Shown here in pieces: positions 33,641 to 45,545 of a DNA stretch of 64,000 bases. This stretch comes from an uncultured Methanosarcinaceae archaeon (GTDB lineage: Archaea > Halobacteriota > Methanosarcinia > Methanosarcinales > Methanosarcinaceae). The stretch covers positions 160,001 through 224,000 of the forward strand of contig CAVTET010000005.1 of NCBI GenBank assembly GCA_963733675.1, in the 5' to 3' direction. The notes below the pieces were generated by a model. It was not told where the DNA came from and made no database searches. It saw only the letters and a program-made list of their open reading frames with translations. The number at the start of each line of letters is the position of its first letter. Positions within the stretch are counted from its first letter, which is position 1. A program made the translations under genes and the position numbers.

Positions 33641-36600
33641 ATGGTAGATGTGGTTAAGGAATTGGAAGCATTAAGGCAAAATTTACTTGATCTGTCTCTC
33701 CGAAATAACCTTCTCAATTACCGCCCTTCACGAAAAAGGACCATCTCAATTTCAGGCAGAAATCCCGAGGAAATTTATAATCTATTCGTTCTTCAGGAAA
33801 AATTAATGAAATTTAAGTCTAAAATTATGTCTAAAAAAATAAATAAAGTTGAAAACGGCGAGGACAGAGAAGGTTATACCTACGAAAACGATAGCATGCT
33901 TTTAAAAACAATAGGGAAAATTCTTGATTCTGGAGAAAAAAATGAGTCCAAAAATTCCTGCTCTGAACATTTTCTAGAAACTACTGATGATAGCGAAAAT
34001 CTAGGTCGAAAACTTTTTTATGTCTTTAACCAATCAAATTCCATCTTTGAGGAACAGGGCTATCCTGTGCTTTACATCGCAATAAACTTTCTACAGTGGA
34101 GTGATAGCAAGTCGAGCATAAAAAATCCAATTGCTCCTCTACTATTGATTCCTATCGAACTCAAAAGAATAGGAAAGGGCCGAAACTTCGGTATCCAATG
34201 GACAGGGGATGAGATACTCACTTCAATTACCCTACAGGCAAAGATGAAAGAATTTGGAATCCAGATTCCTGATTTTGAGATGCCAGAGAAGGCAGCAGAA
34301 ATCGAAGAATATTTCAATGCCGTATCTGCAGCAATCCACGAAAAAAAAGACTGGAAAATTCTGCCTGAAATTTGCCTTGACCTTTTCAACTTTACTAAGT
34401 TTGTTATGTATAAGGATCTTGACCCTGCAACCTGGCCTGAGGGCATGTCTCCTGCAAAACATCCTCTTATCCAGAAAATTTTTAACCCTCCAGCTCCTGA
34501 GTGTGATGTTTCTGGTTTTCTAGAAAAAGATGTTGACATGAAGCTATCAGCAAAAGATACTTACCACATAATGGATGCCGATTCCTCGCAGATTGCTGTT
34601 ATTGAGGATGTGAAAGCCGGGAAAAATCTTGTTGTTGAAGGACCTCCAGGAACCGGTAAGTCCCAGACAATTGCGAATACAATTGCAGAATTGATGGTCC
34701 GTGGAAAAAGCATACTTTTCGTGAGTGAAAAGATGGCTGCGCTTCATGTTGTAAAAAGTCGACTTGATTCTGCAGGGCTTGGAGAACTCTGTCTGGATAT
34801 CCACAGCAACAAAACACGAAAAAAGGTAGTGCTTGAAGAGCTGGAAAAAAGCATTAACCGAATAGCTCCCGCATCCATAAGTCCTGAAAGAGACATCAAC
34901 GAACTCGAAAAAATAAAAAAAGAACTCAATGAGTATGCCCTGTCTCTCGAAGAACCTGCAGGCAAGCTCTATCCAAGCTTTTATACACTCTACGGGATAA
35001 AGGGGAAGATAGAAGGTTATTTTGAGGCAAAAGGTTTGAAAATGCCCCTTTACAAATTTCAGGATCCTGAACATTGGGAATCTGAAGATTGGGCAGAAGC
35101 AAAGTCTATTTTAGAAAAATTGAGTCAAGTACTCCCTTGCCTCGGGCCACCCAAGAAAAACCCCTGGTATGGCTGTGAGCCCGGGCTTGTGCTTCCCTCA
35201 GATCTTTCGGAAATAGGGTCACTCATCAGTGAATGCGTTACTTCTTTTGGATGCTTGGAAGCAGCTATAAAGACTCTCAATGACTTTTCTGCAACCTCCA
35301 GGCCCCATACCCTTGAAGAAATTACAACAATAATTGATGCTGCAAAACTCCTCGAGAGCTCAAAACCCTGGCCTGAAAAGATGCTCCTGAATCTAGAGTG
35401 GGACTCTGAGTCCTCAAGAGTTATAGCTCAGACGCTAATTGCGAGACTCAGGCAGTACAGAGAGCTGAAAATTTTCGTAGACACTACCTTTTATCCTTCA
35501 ATTTTTGACCTTGATACCTCGGAATTCGAGGAATTATCCCGCAAATTTCTAAAGGTCATATATCCCAGTTACCGAAAACTAAAAACAGAAATTTCTTCCT
35601 GCTACATTTCAGTTGTTCCATCTCAAAACGATAGAATTCTTTTTGATCTTGCTTGTCTTTCTGAATATAGATCCTGCAGACTGGAGCTTGAAAGTAATGG
35701 GGCAAAGGGTGAAAGATATTTTTCAGAACAATGGAAAGGTCTCGAAAGCGATCCTTCTATTCTAGATGAGTATGGCAGGTGGATTACTTCCTTCCGAAAA
35801 AATATAACTGAAGGCATTTTCACTGACAAAATTTTCGGACTTGTAGCAGACGGGGTTGATAGAGCTGCTCTTGAATACGCAATAAAAGGAGTTATGGAAA
35901 CAAAAAAATTCTTTTTAAGGTTAATTGAAAAAATTGGTATCCTCATAGGCGTAGATTTTGGGAAAATTTTCGGAAAGGATCTGGAAGCTGCAAAGCTCAA
36001 TCAGTTAAAATCCCGTTTAACCATCTGGAAAGCAGAAACTTCATCCCTGATATTCTGGAGTCAGTACCTTGGATACAAGAAAGTCTTCATGGAAACAAAA
36101 GCAGCTCCTATGATGGGAGATATTGAAGCCGGAAAAATAGAAGTGTGTGATATTATCCCTGCTTTCGAAGGTAACTATGCCGAGAGTCTCCTGCACCGTA
36201 CCTTCAGGAAAAGACAGGCCCTTTCTACTTTTATTAGGGAGCTACATGAAAGTAAGATTACTAAATTCATAGAGCTTGACAAAAAGATCCTTCTGGAAAA
36301 TAGAAAAAGAATTACATGTTCTGTTTATGACGAGATTCCAAAGTTAACTTATGGAGCATCAAGAGCTTCGGAAGCCGGAATTCTGCTCAATGAGTTTAAT
36401 AGAAAACGTGGTCATATGCCTATCCGTAAACTCATGAAAAAAGCAGGTGGTCTGATACAGAAAATTAAGCCTTGTTTTATGATGAGCCCTCTTTCAATTG
36501 GTCAGTATCTCGATCCGAGAAGCACTCACTTTGATGTGATCATTTTTGACGAAGCAAGCCAGGTAAAGCCAGAGGATGCGGTTGGAGCTCTACTGCGTGG

Positions 36601-39109
36601 AAAGCAGGTCGTAGTAATGGGAGATTCAAAACAGCTTCCACCTACCGACTTTTTCGATGGTATTTTTGAATCTCCGGAAAGGGACCCTGAAGATTACGCT
36701 GCAGCAGGAGATCTTGAAAGTGTTCTGAATGTTTGCAAGCGGAGTTTCCCAATCAAGACTCTTCGCTGGCACTACAGAAGCAGGCATGAGTCTCTAATTG
36801 CTGTTTCAAACCAGGAATTCTACAGCAATAGACTTTATGTTTACCCTTCTCCCATGCAGAAAGATGAATGTCTTGGGTTGAAATTTGTGCATCTTAAGGA
36901 TGCGGTTTATGATAGGGGAAAAAGTGGAGTCAACAGGATGGAAGCAAGTGTTGTTGCAAAGGCAGTTTTCGAACACTTTAGCAAGTACCCAGATAAAAGC
37001 CTAGGGGTCGGGACCTTTAATATAAAACAGCAGGAAGCTATCCAGGAAGATATTGAGACTCTTCTGAAGGCAAATCCAGGATTTGATTTGAATCCAGGAA
37101 ATGAGAGGGGAGAGCATTTTTTTGTGAAAAATCTTGAAACCATCCAGGGTGATGAGAGAGATGTCATTTTACTGAGTGTGGGTTTTGGATTTGATAATAA
37201 CAGAAAACTTTCCCTGAACTTCGGTCCCCTTAACAGAGAAGGAGGAGAAAGGCGTCTAAATGTACTTATCACTCGGGCAAGAGAAAAGTGCGTTGTTTTT
37301 TCGAATTTTACATCCAGGAATTTGAACCTTGATGAAAACTCACCTTTTGGACTTCGATCTCTCAAAGTATTCCTTGAGTTTGCGGAGAGCGGTAGGCTCA
37401 CACTGCCTGCATACACCAATGGAGACTTCGAATCTCCTTTTGAAGAAGTTATTTATGATTTTTTAGTAGAAAACGTCTGCGAAGTCCACAGACAGATCGG
37501 TTGTGCAGGGTATAGGCTAGACCTTGCAATTCCTGATCCCAGCAATCCAGGAAGATACGTGCTTGGGATCGAGTGTGATGGGGCAAGCTACCATTTATTT
37601 CATGTTGCTCGAGATCGTGACCGCCTTCGTCAGCAGGTTCTTGAAGGACTTGGTTGGAAAATTTACCGAGTATGGTCAACTGACTGGTACTTGCATCCGA
37701 AAGAAAGCAAAGAAAAACTACTTGAAGCCGTAAAGAAAGCTATAAAGCAGGAAAATCTACAAGCAAAATCCGAACCAAAAGTTCTGACTATAAAAGAGCC
37801 TTCTACCTGGAACGAACAAGCACATGAAAATTCTATAAAAAAATTATCAAGTTGGGCTGCAGACACATTTTCATCTATTCCTAATATGGAGAACAAAGCC
37901 GATAAAAATCTGGGATTTGAATTCCTTGAAAAGAAATCCACCTCATTAGCCTTTTCCAAAGCTGGACACGAAGAACCTTATTCAGATCTCTCTCTCGGAT
38001 TAAAAGAGGGACTAATAGACTCTTCAAAAGAGGATTTTTTGCCAGAGATGGCTTTAAGATTAGATTCTATGGCTTTGACGGCAGATGAGAAATCTCTTAA
38101 GAAACGTATAAAGAAGTTAGGAAAATCAAAATCCTTGAAATTCGATGTGAATCTCTGTTCTGAAAAAGAAAATTCATCCGGAATCGTACCTGAACCAGAG
38201 CCTGAAAGATTAAGTTTTTTCCAAGCTTATCCTGAAATTTATTCCAGTTCAGCTACTGGGGGAAAAATGAAAAACAAAAGGTTCAACGAGTTTGCTTATA
38301 TTTATGGCTCAGTGGGATATTTTGAGCCAGACTCGGATTCAGAGGAGAACAATTACGCTGGTAAAGTGTGGAATTCAGAATCTGAAATCGAGAATGAAAT
38401 TGCATCTAACGCTAAACTCAGAATTGAGTCAAGAAGTCAATTAAAGCCTCATTCCAGAGTTGGTCTATACTTAAAAAACAAAAATGAAGTTAAAAATTTG
38501 GAAGAATCATCGCTATCGAAAGGTGCTGAAAAATTTTCGGGGAAGAACGAACTCCTCGAAGCTGCTGTCCCTCTTTATAGGGTCTGCTGTTCTTCAGGAC
38601 TTCAGTATTCAGGAGACATCTTTAAACTTTCCGATGAAAAACTTATGGAGGCAGTTATAAGGATTATAGAATTTGAAGGCCCTATTCATGCAGAGGCTTT
38701 GATGCAGCGGATAAAAGCGCATGTAGGAATTTCCCGCATGCTTGGAAAAATCAAACAGCGTATATTAGATTCAGTTGCACTTGCAGAGAGTTCCGGAAAG
38801 ATCCGAGTTGAAGGCGAATTCTTCTGGCCATCTTCGGAACCTGCATGCTTCCTACGCAGGCGCTATGGTGAAGTATCTGCGAAAATTGAATGGATTTGTG
38901 ATGAGGAAATAAAAAAAGCTATTAGCTTTGTCTTAAATTCCCAGTATTCTACTCCTCTTGAAGACCTGATTGTTCAGGCTTCGAGAGTCCTCGGAATAAA
39001 AACAACTCATAAAAATGCATGGGAAAGGATCGAAAAGCTTGTCCAGTCCGAAATTGAAAATAATGAATTAACCCTTATGCCAAATGAAATGATTTATTTT
39101 GTTGAGTGA
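33641..39109 (+). CDS. DUF4011 / SF1 (UPF1/Dna2-like) helicase / Vsr-like endonuclease / DUF3320 protein (Hhe-like)
   Basis: LLDLSLRNNLLN and APLLLIPIEL (DUF4011); ADSSQ..GPPGTGKSQTI, FDEASQ, GDSKQLPP, LRWHYRS, QGDERD, RLNVLITRAR; SPFE..GYRLDLAI..GIECDG..RDRLRQQVLEGLGW; IIEFEGPIH. Confidence 0.88.
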   Translation: MVDVVKELEALRQNLLDLSLRNNLLNYRPSRKRTISISGRNPEEIYNLFVLQEKLMKFKSKIMSKKINKVENGEDREGYTYENDSMLLKTIGKILDSGEKNESKNSCSEHFLETTDDSENLGRKLFYVFNQSNSIFEEQGYPVLYIAINFLQWSDSKSSIKNPIAPLLLIPIELKRIGKGRNFGIQWTGDEILTSITLQAKMKEFGIQIPDFEMPEKAAEIEEYFNAVSAAIHEKKDWKILPEICLDLFNFTKFVMYKDLDPATWPEGMSPAKHPLIQKIFNPPAPECDVSGFLEKDVDMKLSAKDTYHIMDADSSQIAVIEDVKAGKNLVVEGPPGTGKSQTIANTIAELMVRGKSILFVSEKMAALHVVKSRLDSAGLGELCLDIHSNKTRKKVVLEELEKSINRIAPASISPERDINELEKIKKELNEYALSLEEPAGKLYPSFYTLYGIKGKIEGYFEAKGLKMPLYKFQDPEHWESEDWAEAKSILEKLSQVLPCLGPPKKNPWYGCEPGLVLPSDLSEIGSLISECVTSFGCLEAAIKTLNDFSATSRPHTLEEITTIIDAAKLLESSKPWPEKMLLNLEWDSESSRVIAQTLIARLRQYRELKIFVDTTFYPSIFDLDTSEFEELSRKFLKVIYPSYRKLKTEISSCYISVVPSQNDRILFDLACLSEYRSCRLELESNGAKGERYFSEQWKGLESDPSILDEYGRWITSFRKNITEGIFTDKIFGLVADGVDRAALEYAIKGVMETKKFFLRLIEKIGILIGVDFGKIFGKDLEAAKLNQLKSRLTIWKAETSSLIFWSQYLGYKKVFMETKAAPMMGDIEAGKIEVCDIIPAFEGNYAESLLHRTFRKRQALSTFIRELHESKITKFIELDKKILLENRKRITCSVYDEIPKLTYGASRASEAGILLNEFNRKRGHMPIRKLMKKAGGLIQKIKPCFMMSPLSIGQYLDPRSTHFDVIIFDEASQVKPEDAVGALLRGKQVVVMGDSKQLPPTDFFDGIFESPERDPEDYAAAGDLESVLNVCKRSFPIKTLRWHYRSRHESLIAVSNQEFYSNRLYVYPSPMQKDECLGLKFVHLKDAVYDRGKSGVNRMEASVVAKAVFEHFSKYPDKSLGVGTFNIKQQEAIQEDIETLLKANPGFDLNPGNERGEHFFVKNLETIQGDERDVILLSVGFGFDNNRKLSLNFGPLNREGGERRLNVLITRAREKCVVFSNFTSRNLNLDENSPFGLRSLKVFLEFAESGRLTLPAYTNGDFESPFEEVIYDFLVENVCEVHRQIGCAGYRLDLAIPDPSNPGRYVLGIECDGASYHLFHVARDRDRLRQQVLEGLGWKIYRVWSTDWYLHPKESKEKLLEAVKKAIKQENLQAKSEPKVLTIKEPSTWNEQAHENSIKKLSSWAADTFSSIPNMENKADKNLGFEFLEKKSTSLAFSKAGHEEPYSDLSLGLKEGLIDSSKEDFLPEMALRLDSMALTADEKSLKKRIKKLGKSKSLKFDVNLCSEKENSSGIVPEPEPERLSFFQAYPEIYSSSATGGKMKNKRFNEFAYIYGSVGYFEPDSDSEENNYAGKVWNSESEIENEIASNAKLRIESRSQLKPHSRVGLYLKNKNEVKNLEESSLSKGAEKFSGKNELLEAAVPLYRVCCSSGLQYSGDIFKLSDEKLMEAVIRIIEFEGPIHAEALMQRIKAHVGISRMLGKIKQRILDSVALAESSGKIRVEGEFFWPSSEPACFLRRRYGEVSAKIEWICDEEIKKAISFVLNSQYSTPLEDLIVQASRVLGIKTTHKNAWERIEKLVQSEIENNELTLMPNEMIYFVE

Positions 39110-40322
39110 AAGAGGCTCGTCAGAGAGTTATTTGTTTTCTAAAAGACTTTCCTTTTTTATACTTTAATATGAAAGTGCGTGGTGAAACTAGTTCCTCAAG
39201 TACTTTCTCCATTTTCTTTTTCTATAATTATGGTTATTTCACAATTATTTTTATATATTTCTCAAATAAAACTGTTTTAGTCTCAACAATGTTCCTTTTT
39301 TGAATTTATTCCTTTTGATAGATCACATTGATTCTTTGATTTTGGCGATCAAGAGCTGAATCTAATCAAATCTTAACCTTTTGACTTTTTGATATCTGGA
39401 ACTCTTCATTTGTTTCTTCTAATGGGGAATAAAATATTTTGATATCAATTAATTTTTTAGGTAGTCTACTCTAGGCGTAGGGAGAACTGACAAGTTAATC
39501 CCGAGTAATTTCCCCACATGACGCATGGACATCTTTGAGTAGAATTGAAGGATCAATGACTTTTTTTGTATTCTCTACCGTCTCATGTATTCACAGATTT
39601 TGAAGTAAAAACTATGTAGATTCTTACCGTAAATTTTCCGTTACTATCTTTTTGCATTATTACACCAGCTAATAAACTTAAAAGTATAATCAATGCATGC
39701 ATAATTAGTTTAACTCAAAAAAGTTTAGTTCCAGTCTAATTTTATTTTAGATCAGCGTATTATGCTAAATGTTATCCCTTTTCCATGATTATAATGTATG
39801 ATCTCAATTGCTGTAGATGTGGGTACCATATCTTATGATCGGAAATATAAACAAGGGACAGGCTATCTGTCTATTCAAGGTAAGGTTCTTTTTTATATAA
39901 CTAGGGGAATATTTGCAAATGAAATGATTGAATTTTGAAGAATTACTTTACACATAGAGTGTAAATTATTTATTTGAAAACTGGACTTTATGTTATCTAG
40001 TTTTCTTAAAGATAGATTTCTGATTTATATTTCATTCAATTTTATATTTCATTAATGATAATATATAAGCGATACAACTTGAAATAAATTTTCATTGGCA
40101 TATGCGACTATGTTCTAAAATCTAGTGATTTTTATATTTTTTGATTGAAAATCTAATTCGAAATATAAATTTAACCAAATATCAAAATTAACGTTCGATA
40201 TTTAGAAACTTCAATCAAGAAGTTTAATCACAGGGGTTGTAACAAATTGCAAAATCGAGTGATTTTATTTTTACGTTCACTGCTGAATTTTGGTGCTAAG
40301 TTGGCATATCCTATGAAAATAT

Positions 40323-40412
40323 AGAGGATTTCGATGGACCCCATACTTCACAAATTATATGCATATCATTTGTATGCATATGACGAAATTTGATAGTTTA
40401 TCAAAATTCTCT
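40323..40412. mobile_element. MITE family A
   Basis: AGAGGATTTCGAT ... TTTATCAAAATTCTCT with CATATGACGAAATT core. Confidence 0.7.
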
Positions 40413-40533
40413 ATAATTTAGTGGTAGCTTTAGAACTTACATATTGAACATACTAAATATTGTGCTGTTCAATTACGTAAGTCCTAAATTGATTTAAATT
40501 GTATCAAATTGAATAAAATAGGAGTGTGGATAA

Positions 40534-40836
40534 ATGTTAAAACTTGGAATGAAAAAAGTACTTGCCGTTTTACTGGCAGTCCTATTTGTAACATCTTTGA
40601 CAGCAGTTGCAGCTAGTGCACATGGTGGCCGTGGCGGCCACGGTGGTCATGGCTACGGCGGCTGGGGCGGCTACGGCGGCTGGGACTATGGCGGCTGGGG
40701 CTATGGCGGCTGGGGCTATGGCGGCTGTGGAGGATATGGATTCGGTTGTGGCGGCTATGGCGGTTGGGGAGGCTATGGATGTGGTTATCCTTGTGCTTAC
40801 CTTTACATCCCTTATACATTCCCATACATGTGTTAG
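40534..40836 (+). CDS. Small secreted Gly/Tyr/Trp-rich repeat protein
   Basis: MKKVLAVLLAVLFVTSLTAVAASA signal peptide, then GGH and GYGGW/GYGGC repeats (15-bp units) and a Cys/Tyr/Pro tail; AGGAG RBS; GC-rich island in AT-rich DNA. Confidence 0.8.
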   Translation: MLKLGMKKVLAVLLAVLFVTSLTAVAASAHGGRGGHGGHGYGGWGGYGGWDYGGWGYGGWGYGGCGGYGFGCGGYGGWGGYGCGYPCAYLYIPYTFPYMC

Positions 40837-40876
40837 TTATATAATTAACACGATATATTAAATAAAATATATTATT

Positions 40877-41095
40877 GAGGGTTTCATTTTACCTCTTATT
40901 CTTTTTCGCGGGAATCCTGTTAAAATCTTTCCCGCGAATTTTTGTATTTGACCCTATTTTTCCTCTTTCCGTTCATTATCCTTTGATTTTAAATATGGCT
41001 TCTGCTGTCCTTAAAATATTTTATTTATTCTTAATGTCATCACTAGTTAGCATTGATTTTATTGGAATCTATGCTTGTTCTTTTAAATCAGTATA
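40877..41095 (-). mobile_element. IS5-family 3'-end relic
   Basis: GAGGGTTTC end; AATCCTGTTAAAATCTTT..TATCCTTTGATTTTAAA..CCTTAAAATA..AATGTCATCA matches the 15190 and 16130 copies. Confidence 0.6.
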
Positions 41096-41503
41096 AAAAT
41101 GCTCTCAAATTTCGGCTTGGAAATCAGAACATAGATAGGTTTTCTCACAAAAAACTCTGCATTAAATATGCTATCTTAAAAATCTTGCTTTAAAAATATA
41201 GATCAATTAGTATTTCAATAATATACTGATTTTAATGAGTGATTTATTAACTCCCAAAAGAAGGAAAGCGCGGTAAAAATTCAAAAAAGCAAGAAGCAAA
41301 ATTACTATATGTTTATACAGTGTATGGCAGATCATGAGGTTTCTTATAGATCTGAGAGTTCCATTTGAAAACAACTAGGTGAAAAATAGCGGAATGATGA
41401 GAATACAGTATAAAACATAAGGAACTTTCCAAACTACATCATTAATAAAAGTTTTCTACAGAATAAAAGCCTAAATTTCTACAATAAAAAGCGATTTGCA
41501 GGT

Positions 41504-41558
41504 TATAAAGGGTATTCTTGCGGTGCTCAATTAAACACCGCTAACTATACCCTTTATA
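41504..41558 (-). terminator. Long 3' stem-loop after groEL
   Basis: TATAAAGGGTAT..GCGGTG-N10-CACCGC..ATACCCTTTATA about 18 nt downstream of the stop. Confidence 0.6.
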
Positions 41559-41576
41559 TTTATAGCAAAAATACAA

Positions 41577-43193
<1,617 letters not shown>

Positions 43194-43274
43194 TCACCTT
43201 GATTGAGATCAAATGTTTTCCTGAGTTAAGTTGAGCATGCCCGAATTTATTGCATTCTTCAGAGTGAGTTTTGT

Positions 43275-43559
43275 TCAACATTCATCATCCACAAATGTTG
43301 CAAGTATATCCTTAAAGTCCACAAAAACATATTTTTCGTCTTCTATTTCAATATCATCGGATTGGTATCCTCCGTAAATTACATGATCATCTTTCTTTAG
43401 AGGTAGCTCCTTCCCATCTTCAAAGGTCCCCACAGCTATAATTATTCCTTCTTTTTTTTCCTTCTGTGCAGAGTCAGGGATATAAATTCCTCCTTTTGTC
43501 ACTTCTGCTTTTTTCAGATGTTTAAGCAACACTCGTTCACCAATAGGTTTGATAATCAC
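43275..43559 (-). CDS. groS: Co-chaperonin GroES
   Basis: IKPIGERVL, TKGGIYIPDSA, IAVG, DILA; GTG start after AGGAGG. Confidence 0.95.
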   Translation of the reverse strand: MIIKPIGERVLLKHLKKAEVTKGGIYIPDSAQKEKKEGIIIAVGTFEDGKELPLKKDDHVIYGGYQSDDIEIEDEKYVFVDFKDILATFVDDEC

Positions 43560-43680
43560 TATTTCATTCCTCCTTATTCTCAAATGAGTCTAAATAGGTC
43601 GCCTACATGTGTCATTGAACATTGTGAACACAAGATTTTTAGATTTTGTCAATGACTTGAGGACATGATCCATAATTAGC

Positions 43681-43697
43681 TGAACATCAAATGTTCA
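43681..43697. promoter_or_regulatory. Candidate operator palindrome between groES and the divergent regulator
   Basis: TGAACAT-CAA-ATGTTCA perfect 7-3-7; extra TGAACA half-sites at 43616 and 43625. Confidence 0.45.
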
Positions 43698-43853
43698 TCT
43701 AAATTCAATAATGAATTAATTCATATGTTGAGCTATAGAAAGCCAAACTATCTGCTTATAATACAAGACTCCTATTTAAAAATTGCCGAGAAAATAGATA
43801 TAATTACTAAAAAATAGAAATGATGCATACTAAATTGAAGAAAATATATATAT

Positions 43854-44285
43854 ATGAAACTCCAAAATATTACTCAAATGGTTCAAGAGATTATTCTAAG
43901 AAATATTGAAAAACCACATATGAAATGTTTGGAGGAAAATCTTATATGGTTCTGCGATAGCTTCGGCTTCTCTTCTGGCCGAGATATCGAAAAAACCGCT
44001 ACTAAGATAATTTTTAGCCTGGTTGATAAACTTTCTAATAACGAAGTAACATCATCGGAAGATCTGGCTGGAGACCTCAATATAACAATATCAAGGGTAA
44101 ACCATCATATCAGGAACCTTAACGATTCTGGCTTGCTTTACAGGAAAAAACGTTTGCTGTATCTGCGTGGAGGCAGCTTAAAAGCTGCGGTAAAGGAAAT
44201 GCGAAAGGATTCTGAAAGGATTTTTGATGAACTTGAAAATATAGCTGAAGAAATAGATTCCATAAAAGGAATAAAAAACAGGTAA
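43854..44285 (+). CDS. Winged-HTH (ArsR-like) transcriptional regulator
   Basis: SSEDLAGDLNITISRVNHHIRNLNDSGLL HTH; WFCDSFG..GRD; start may be ATG 43878. Confidence 0.8.
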   Translation: MKLQNITQMVQEIILRNIEKPHMKCLEENLIWFCDSFGFSSGRDIEKTATKIIFSLVDKLSNNEVTSSEDLAGDLNITISRVNHHIRNLNDSGLLYRKKRLLYLRGGSLKAAVKEMRKDSERIFDELENIAEEIDSIKGIKNR

Positions 44286-45545
44286 CAAAAGTTCTAATTT
44301 AGGAGAATAAGAAACTGGATTTTTTGGGTGATAATTAAATGAAAATTGACAGAGTTATGGTACAAATATATATGTTAAACCTCGGTAACAACTGAAATTT
44401 ATTTAAATATATTTGAAGTTGAGAATTACATTTCTAAGGGCTTGAGATTGCTAATTTTTATCTTCAATTAATAATATTCTCCAAACGAAATTTTTAGCTC
44501 CAGATTAATATCTTTTTCTCTAGCACTAACTCGCTTGTTTTATATCTTAGATTCATCTGCCTCCCAATATCTAAAGAAGGTTGATACCTTTCAGATTCGT
44601 TAGCATTATCCAGGATACAATCTGATATTTTCGATTTGATGAATTATTCCGATAAAAAAGCCCTTGATAATGATACTTGTGTTACCGGATCAAATTCTAT
44701 TATTTATCCCTTTTCCCATCTTATGATATTTATCAGGGCTTCATGGAATATGTAATTGCTTTTTTAATGGGAATACTTTTTAAGCCCTGAATACGTGCAA
44801 ATATGGATTTCATAGTTTATATGTGCTCATAAAACCCTGAATAAACTCTAAAGAAAATTTCGATAACCTGCAGATTTTCAAGAATTATTATGCTCCTGTT
44901 CAAAATTGGATTATTTTTCCAAAATTAATCAATTCTCTTAAATCCAATTTTAATTCTAGCTGGGAATTAATTTAAACAAAAAATTTCTTCTCGATCACAT
45001 TTAAGCTATGGATTTATGGTAGATTAAGAGACTCTAATCGCAGCTATTAAATGTGCCATACATAAGTTAGCAAATATCTACTTTGATTCGATAATTCGGT
45101 ATATACTTCAATTATGAACTGTCCGAACAAACATTATCAAAATCCGACAGTTAGTGAAAATCAGCCCACTGAAATTTACTCAGTAAATCTTAGTAATATG
45201 GGTAATGATGCTATGTTCCGTAAGTGAATACTACATTTAATCGCAAATAATCTTATTAACACCATCACTTACCATTTATTATTGGATTTTTGATATTTGT
45301 TTCTAAATATTATTTGTATTAAGGCTTAACCAATTGATTTAGCTTTTCTTCTGTTAGGAGAACTCTTTGGAGGGATAAAATATTACTAATTATTTAATTA
45401 ATAATATTTTGTTTACATTGAATTAACTCCTGTGTTAACTTTATATAGCCAATAGTCTAATAATTTTTTGTATGATAACTTTTAATATTTTTGTATTCAT
45501 ACACATAGTGGGGGTATAGCATATGCAGATGCATAAGGGGGTAGA

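Noticed and set aside
34072-37959. Multiple antisense ORFs within the helicase gene (and similarly within lonB, secD and folP)
   Set aside because: Antisense shadows of long coding frames with no independent signals.
39120-39600. Possible further IS fragment
   Set aside because: Looks like decayed coding DNA but no family motif could be read with confidence.
40534-40836. Gly/Cys-rich peptide as a microcin B17-like RiPP matured by TldD/E
   Set aside because: It has a Sec-type signal peptide, no YcaO, dehydrogenase or exporter nearby, and tldD/E lie 15 kb away in a housekeeping operon.
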